Positions 56,518 through 64,000 of a DNA stretch of 64,000 nucleotides are shown here, piece by piece. The stretch covers positions 7,673,880 to 7,737,879 of the forward strand of contig NW_002060947.1 of assembly GCF_000150275.1 (NCBI RefSeq), given 5' to 3'. A program made the position numbers and the translations under genes. This DNA comes from Trichoplax adhaerens. Lineage: Eukaryota; Animalia; Placozoa. How positions within the stretch are numbered: the first letter of the stretch is position 1; each line of letters opens with the position of its first letter. The notes under the pieces were generated by a model. The model did not search any database. It was not told where the DNA came from and saw only the letters and a program-made list of their open reading frames with translations.

Positions 56518-58753
56518 ATGGCCTTCTTCTTATCGAGGTTACGACCAGTAGCTTCTGCTTATATCCGCTTACTAACGAGTTACGCGGTCGCACCTCGAGG
56601 AAAAATCAATATCTCCATGCCATGTAAATTGGCTCGCATTATTCCTATGATGTCTGACGATCAAATGTTAGTTCGGTTAATTGATCACGATGGTTATCAG
56701 GTAGATCAAGTATTGCAAGTTGATATCGAAAAGAATAATACCAATCATCGCTCAGATATCAAAATCAATAGCAAGCCTGAACTGATGCAAGACTTACGCA
56801 ACAAGCTGCAGTTCGAACTTCAAGTTCCTATGCATTACGGTATGCTATTTTCAGTTATGGTATTTATACTCCAAGAAATTGATAATTGCTAAACCCTCTC
56901 CCATGTAATTCAAGTTGATCTAGTCGCACTTTAGCAACTTGTGCTTTCTGCATAATGCAATATACGTAGATCTGGATATTAACTTGGAAGATGGAGATGT
57001 ACAAATTGAAAATCTAGAGAGTCGGGCAATTAAAATTAATTTACTGAATGGTTCATGTGTGACCAAGTCCTTGAAGGTGATGCAGTATAAATTAAGGCTT
57101 TACGTTTCAAATAGACTGATCAATTGTGTTCTTACTATATGTTTGATAATTCTTATCATTGTTACGCTCGGGTGATGAGACTTGCGGTATAACTGAATTT
57201 CCATATTTACCTTAATAAATTAGTCTACCAATCTAGAAATTGAATGTAAATATGGAAGCATCACCAATCACTCCTATGTTTTAGGCGATTACATTGCGAT
57301 CTGCCGATCTTCTGGGGTAATATTTCCAATTCTGTATTATCAAGAATTAAAATGATCTGTAGCATGTAGCTTGTAGGCGATATATTTTGCTGAAAAGGAG
57401 AGACACAGTAGATACAAATTAATGCTCTGTTCTTATTCTTATTATCGAATTTAGTATATAGCATGCAATTTTTCTCGTCAGCTTTTTTTTATTTCTATTA
57501 GGCAATTTTTGCAAATAAGCTTCAGGGTTCAACAATATCACTAACAACTGATAAAGGTGATCTTGTGATGGCTTAATAAAATATTATTGTACTGTGCTAA
57601 ACGTGTGCAACCTTCCGTGTACTTTGGACAAGTGCGGTAGTTATAATAATATAATTTATAGAAAACTTTCATTGTAGCATGTTGTATACGAATGCTAATA
57701 TTAATATATTTATTACAGGTAATGTAGCCGTTGAATCAGTATATTGCAAATCAATGGATTGCAAATCTGAAATGGGTTTAATTCGTTTAGGCAGTTGTCA
57801 TGGTAAATTCTAGCAGTTGTGTTCTCAAATCATATTATTAGCTGTAAAATGTTACCATGATATCCTTCATTCTGTTATTAGTTGTTGGCCTTACAATATA
57901 TGAGTACGACTAGATAAATATAAATATGATCTTAGCTAACGGATACCCTAAACATTGCAGGTCATATGAATGTTACAACATCATTGGCAAACATCGATAT
58001 TGGTATTGATAAAATCTTACTCTTTTTAGTTTACGATTGTGGGTATATTTGAACATTTTATAGTGATTAAATGAGGCCTGAATTCATATAGATAGTCTAT
58101 CTGGTAGTGCTGAAATAGCTTCACGGGATGGTTCAATTTCCATTCATGTTGATGCCCATGCAATCGGAAATGTAGATTTGCAAACAACTGAAGGTAATTT
58201 TATATTATGTGTACGCTTGTTGAATACTGATTGTCAAAATTCAGTTATTTTTTGATGGTTACACAATATGGATAGTTTTGTCAAACTAGAGTTGCCATAC
58301 ACAATAAATTTGAATGAATTTTACAGGCAATATCGACATTACTGTACCATCGAATCTTGGAGTTTCTGCCCATTTCATTGCTTCTCATCTTGAATTAGAC
58401 AGAAAGGTATTCTTTCTTTACACATAATTATTGTCGTATCTCTGCATTATCACCGGCAAAACATAAAAACTTAAATATTAATTATTTGTAAATCATTTTA
58501 GCTTTCATTGTCAAACTCAGTGTGCACAAATGATTCCTATAATGGTATGTTTATATTTTCGAACGAGTATTGCCGTCACTCTTAATTACGTATATGAAAC
58601 CAATTAGACATTGTATGGGTCATCTCATTAGGTACTATTGGTAATAGATCATCGCAGACTACTTCATCGGTTTTGAATGCATTTGCTAGAAATGGTACGC
58701 TAGCAGTAAGAGTAAAGGAATGGTTTGATGTGCTAAAGTTTAAAAACCCCTAG
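56518..58753 (+). CDS. FAM185A: FAM185A-like protein (DUF4097/putative adhesin beta-repeat), probably mitochondrial
   Basis: Arg-rich, acid-free N-terminus; FELQVPMHYDLDI...GDVQIENLE; repeated GxIxI motifs; KLQGSTISLTTDKG; IRLGSCHG; ends VKEWFDVLKFKNP*. About 9 GT-AG exons. Confidence 0.8.
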
Positions 58754-59622
58754 TTAAATAAGCTGTAACCGGAAGCCTTTATGGCTAGTTCGGAGCTACT
58801 GTGGAATATTGCAAGCTTACTGATGCTTTATCTATTAGGATATAGGTATAAAACACATAAATTCCACAAGGTTTGATTTTATTCCTAATGGCATTAAAAA
58901 AATGAATTTTCATCCAAAAATAATTTGATCAGAAGTTGTTTACATACATTCCATCGCAAGTGAATAAAATAATAATCAATTAATTAATGTAGTGGCATCG
59001 GGTTACAACACGCGAATATTTACCAATATTGGATATTAATTTCATTGTATGATACATCGATAAATGAAATAAAATGAAAGTCAAAAATGACCTAAAATTA
59101 CTGTCATTTATAGAATATATGTGTATGCGTACGCCAGTTTAGAACTAACATTTAGTATTCATATTATAAAATTGGTAAATACCATTTAAGCTTTGTTGAA
59201 TATAAACCTAACTGGATATAATACTGTAGAAATGATATTACAAACTATGAGGATGGTATATCGATCTGCGATATTCGTAATGTTTAGAAGCCCACTAAAT
59301 TGTATATTACATTTTAACGATATTTACAAATTGCAAGGCAAATGTTATAAGCACTAAAGCAATCCTTTTCAATGATCGGTAAATAGGCAACATCTTACAA
59401 TAATTAAATAGTATGTACCTAGAATCGGATAATGCATCTGATTCCGATTTGGTGACGATTTTATCAATACCTATCAGAATAGTGATCATTTTTACAAAAC
59501 AACGTTGCAATAGGCTATCAATACATGAACTACTTTTTGATATCTCCTATTTAGCAAGGTCCAGATTACGTATATATATATGCTATAGCGAAATTTTTCT
59601 TGAAGTAACCGTAGAAGTGTTG

Positions 59623-62600
59623 TCATACTAGTGACGCATGAGTTCCATGCAATTTTCTAAAATCTGGTAGTCTTGGTCCATAATTGTTAACACTCAGATG
59701 ATCTCTGCCTGGCGAACGCCCACTTTCGCTAATATTGCTCTCATCGTAACTGTCTTGTTGGCTTGGTACTGAACTAGTGTTAGAAAATACTAAACGTTCC
59801 GAAAATTCATTGCTAGGATAGTTATCGTGTTCCCGCTGCCTTCCAAGCAAGTCACCAATAGATCCTGACAAATGACTGCGTGAATGATTACCTACGAGTA
59901 CAATATTAACAAATTTACTTAATATACTTTTAACAATAAGCGTTCACAATCGGTTCTTTGAATTTCCTTTTAAAGAAGTGCTATCAGCATCCTGTTAAAC
60001 ACTCAATCTCATACCGTTATCAAGCTCAAATCCTTTTCGGTTCAAGTATGCTACAGAAGGAGATCGATATGGAGCTTCAGGGAGTAGTGAAGTTTCTTCG
60101 CTTATCTGACCAAAGATATTAGGTAAAGATTTATTTCTTGACCTGCCTTCAGTCTCTTGTCTTTTAATTGTATGACTTAAAGAAGAAAATCGCTTTGGTG
60201 CAACAGGAGCAGATCGAACATCTGCTAGAGCAAGGTCACTACCACCACGACCATGATTGCTGATACCGTAATGTTCATTAATTCCATTAATTCCATTGTT
60301 ACAGTAAGAGGTGTCTACTTGTTGCTCCCGAAAGATACCGCCTTCAATATTAGAATCTAAACAGTTCACGCATTTCGTTGTAATTAGTAAAGTCCTACAA
60401 ATTTGATCCTTCAATCCTATTTACTCATACTATGGTAAGGTAAAGCAAAAGTGAAAATTTACCCTCATGGCGATAAGTCATTGCACCATTAATGTTCAAT
60501 TTTTCAAATTCACGAAGACTTTCTTCAAGTGATATAAGCTTAAATTATCAGGAAAGGTTTTAAAGTCTTATTTAGACAAATTTTTTATTACACTAAATCT
60601 TTATACTGAAACTTAAATAACTAAGCTTGTCGATAGAGAAATAGAGTAAACGCTTAGTAGACCTCCCCACGTCAAAGGTATCCAAATTATTTACCTTATC
60701 TACACTCTTTCTATGGAATGCGTCACAAGCCTGATTCCAAATATTATTATTTCCACTGGTAGTTCTCAATTTCTAACAAAAAATGATCAAGGATATACAT
60801 AAATTTTGCTTTAAGCATGTAACTGTCACTGCAAGGGTAAATACCAAACGATTAGTAGAGTATGTTTACCATTATTGATTCAATCAGTTGTCTCTGTAGA
60901 AAAATATCTTTTTTCAAAAGGACGATATCATTCTATCAAAGTTAATAATATAATCAGTCATTTTGTAATACCAGCACAATTTCTGCAGACTACATATTGT
61001 ACGTAAGCTATTCCCCATTCTTATACTTACTTTTCGATTTGTTACCTCCAATTGACGAAGTGAAAGGCTGCTCTCAAGATCATTGTTTTTGAGAGGTTCT
61101 AGACATTCAAAACTGTATGGAGATCCTTCCGGTAAAACACCAGTGATTTCCTATTTGACGTAAAAAAATATTATGAGAGGTTTCTTCGCAGATATTAAAA
61201 ATAATAATTAGAGCTTATTATACATTAACGTATTACCTTCTCTTTCAAACATAATTGTCGCAACTGGTCAATTTTATTTTGTAACTTTGCAACTAGCGCT
61301 TCTTTCCTACTCGCAGAAGTTTTTGTAACACCATCCAACGCTAAACTAATAGCAGGATTAGGACAGGTGTCTAGAATTGAAGGATATTATTACACCTTAA
61401 TTTTGTAAAGTAGCACATTATTTGAGCCATTCAATAATTACAATAATTAATGTGTGCTACTAACTGGATTTAGTAAAGCTACTTCTTGTATTATCGTCCT
61501 GGTCTATGTCAAGCGAAGTTAACGATCCTTGTGATAAATTGCAATGAGTATGCGTTATCTCTTCGATCATATCTTTCGGATTCTTAGTTAGAGGAACCTA
61601 CAATCATTATCATCGAAGCCTTAGTAAGGATCAAACAATAGAATGAAAAGATGGTACAAACTATAGTTGTTAACATACTTTCGTTTTACTCCTAGATAGA
61701 TAGAACTGATGTTGATTTATAGCTTCTAGCCAAAGTCTTCGCGTATTAGATGCAGAATAGCCATACCAGACTTGAGTAATGATATAACAGCTATTGAAAA
61801 GCAATCTACTATTAAGTATTAACTAGGCTACGGTAGATGTTTGAGTTTGTAATAGTAAATTCTATTAAATAAATCTAATTTCGAAACAAGTGTAATAACA
61901 TTCTACTTGAAATCAAGCAAATCTCTATTTTTTACTTGAATTCTCTCCTTTCGAGCATGTTTTTATCCGAATTTTGCCTATGATTACAAAATAAAATGAT
62001 CAATCACACTAAATGATGAAGTAGTTGGATACTGAAGTGTTTCTAGTATTAGCGTATATTTACGCAAAGGCTATAAATGTGTTGTTTTAACAATATGTCA
62101 GGGTAAAAATCATAAATATAGAAGGTACAGCTGCAAATACCTTGCGACTTTGACTTCAATAGTAAACTTTCGGTCTTTAAAGTATAGATTCTCTAGCTGC
62201 TTCCACGCGTAAAACTGTTAAATTAGTAAAATAACGTTAAAGTTGCAACATTATAAAATAACATAAACTGTTCAAACATCTATGTCATCGCTACACACAG
62301 TCTTCATTATAGCTATCAAGGTCAGTAAATGAACATTTTCTAACAACTATGCAGTTATATCTCAAGTAAGATTTATGAAAGTAATCAATAATTTATCACC
62401 TCCTGACATATTTCTTTGTCTTCATAACAGAACTGTCCGATTCCTTGAAGACTAACCCCCACATAAATTTGTCGCCCAGCTTCATTCTAGTCATATTATA
62501 GTGTAGAAAATTGAATAAAACAACACAAAATGTACCAACAATAAATCGTATTCTACATTTACTTTATATGGTATCTAAATTTAAAATTTCTGCATTAGTA

Positions 62601-63607
62601 ACCAATGAATAAAGTCTGTATACGAAACCGATAAGCTTAACGGAAAAGGATTCAAGCTTTTCCATGTGCAATGTAAATATAGGGTAAACTTAAGTTTATG
62701 ATTATTTCAGGACTAGTAAAATGGTCTTATAGTTTACAAATCGTAGAAGCTATTTACCTGCATTTTAAAGAAATGCAATCCGTACGTTGGGATATCCTGC
62801 ACAATCGACATAAATCTATCCGTAAAGGTATACAAAGGACGTGGATAATTTAAGGCCATTGCATTAATTTTTGGCTAATATTATCTGAATTAATTAAAGT
62901 CATAAGTAATTTCAATGTATATAAGTCATTGCAAGCTCAACATCAATAGCGTATGAATAGATTAATAATTATAATTTCAAAGTAAGTATTTCTATATTGC
63001 AATTGCATAAATGCTTTTTCCTTTAAAAACATAAAAAAGAAAAAACTACCGACTTCTGCTCTCAAATTAAGTGGAATAAGTGCATGACAAGCAAATAACA
63101 ATTGTATTACCGATGTGGTATTTAAAATGAGATGATTTCGATAGTAAAACGAGCTAAATCAGCCCATTGATAATATTGTAGTGAAAGAAGATATTGTACA
63201 AAAAAAATGGACGAAGAGCAAATTCGGCACATGTGAGACAGTTGAATCACCTCATGATAGCATCCCCTCGGCTCCAACCGTATATTTGACAGTAGTTAGA
63301 ACAAATTTTTCCTCTTCTGTTCGTTTCCATGAAAGAAAAGAGATAAATCAACAAGAGTATTACAATCCTTTCAAAATATTACTCAGGCAACTGTAAGTTA
63401 TTTCTGTTCAACAGTTGATTGAACAATTCCAGTTCGTTACATTGAAGTGCTGCATTTATTTAGTATACAAGTCACTAATAAAATGTACTGAAAACGATAA
63501 GTGCATTGAATTTAAACTTACAATGATGATAAGGCTGGATCAGTTTTATATATAATTGCTGGTAGAAATTGTGTGCGTTTTAATTGCTCAATTGCAATCT
63601 CCTCGCT
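59623..63607 (-). CDS. FRMD4: FERM-domain protein 4-like (FERM_M/C, coiled coil, low-complexity tail); 5' part unresolved or outside the window
   Basis: Spliced YGWSRGDAIMRFMSIVQDIPTYGLHFF, FYVGVSLQGIGQF, WKQLENLYFKDRKFTIEV, WYG...LWLEAINQHQFYL and LKEK-EITGVLP match the FRMD4A/B signature motifs. Confidence 0.85.
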
Positions 63608-64000
63608 TTTAAAACAAAAAAATTACAATTACGAGAATAGCATTTTAAATTAAATCAAACATTTAACGTTTGCGTAACCAACTAGTTATCTATATCGACA
63701 GAGATATATCTGTTTCATGTACGGTGCTCAAGGTACAGTAATGAGAATGACTTACTAAAAAGATATTACCTTAAATAGGGCATTCTAATTGGTGTGTTAT
63801 TAAATACATAATGAGGATTTTAATTTAAAAACATTTAAAATTTGATGTACTGTACTGTAGAATTAGATTCACAAAAGAGAGATAACAACGTAGTTATTGA
63901 TAAAAGATCCAGACATAAAAGTTGGAAAATGCCATTAATACTAGCTCGCTGTTTCCATTCAACACATTTGATGTAGTTAAATTAAGTACTGTACTACAGT

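Noticed and set aside
63181-63396. Plus-strand 71-aa ORF (also 56241-56456, 57261-57464 and 59307-59631)
   Set aside because: Antisense to FRMD4 or FAM185A exons, or in UTR/promoter sequence, with no recognisable motifs.

Overview
AT-rich eukaryotic (animal) genomic DNA with short, dense GT-AG introns. Gene content, intron size and neuropeptide type point to a placozoan such as Trichoplax; this is an inference. In order, the window holds: a possible terminal exon; a decayed BTB(-BACK)-like pseudogene next to a small inverted-repeat element and tandem repeats; MAN1/LEMD3 (+); a three-exon secreted neuropeptide precursor (-) with 19 dibasic-flanked xPF peptides of two alternating types (LPGMFPF and QRKWYPF); a 137-N gap; Porcupine (-); about 14 kb without a recognisable gene; a calcium-channel alpha2delta gene (+) with intact MIDAS and dCache ligand motifs, a GPI-type tail, an AT-AC U12 intron and extra exon-like cassettes in its 5' introns; HAUS7 (-) head-to-head with FAM185A (+); and most of FRMD4 (-). 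I found no rRNA, tRNA, CRISPR array or intact transposon. Exon structures were assembled by eye and family assignments come from remembered motifs, not database searches.
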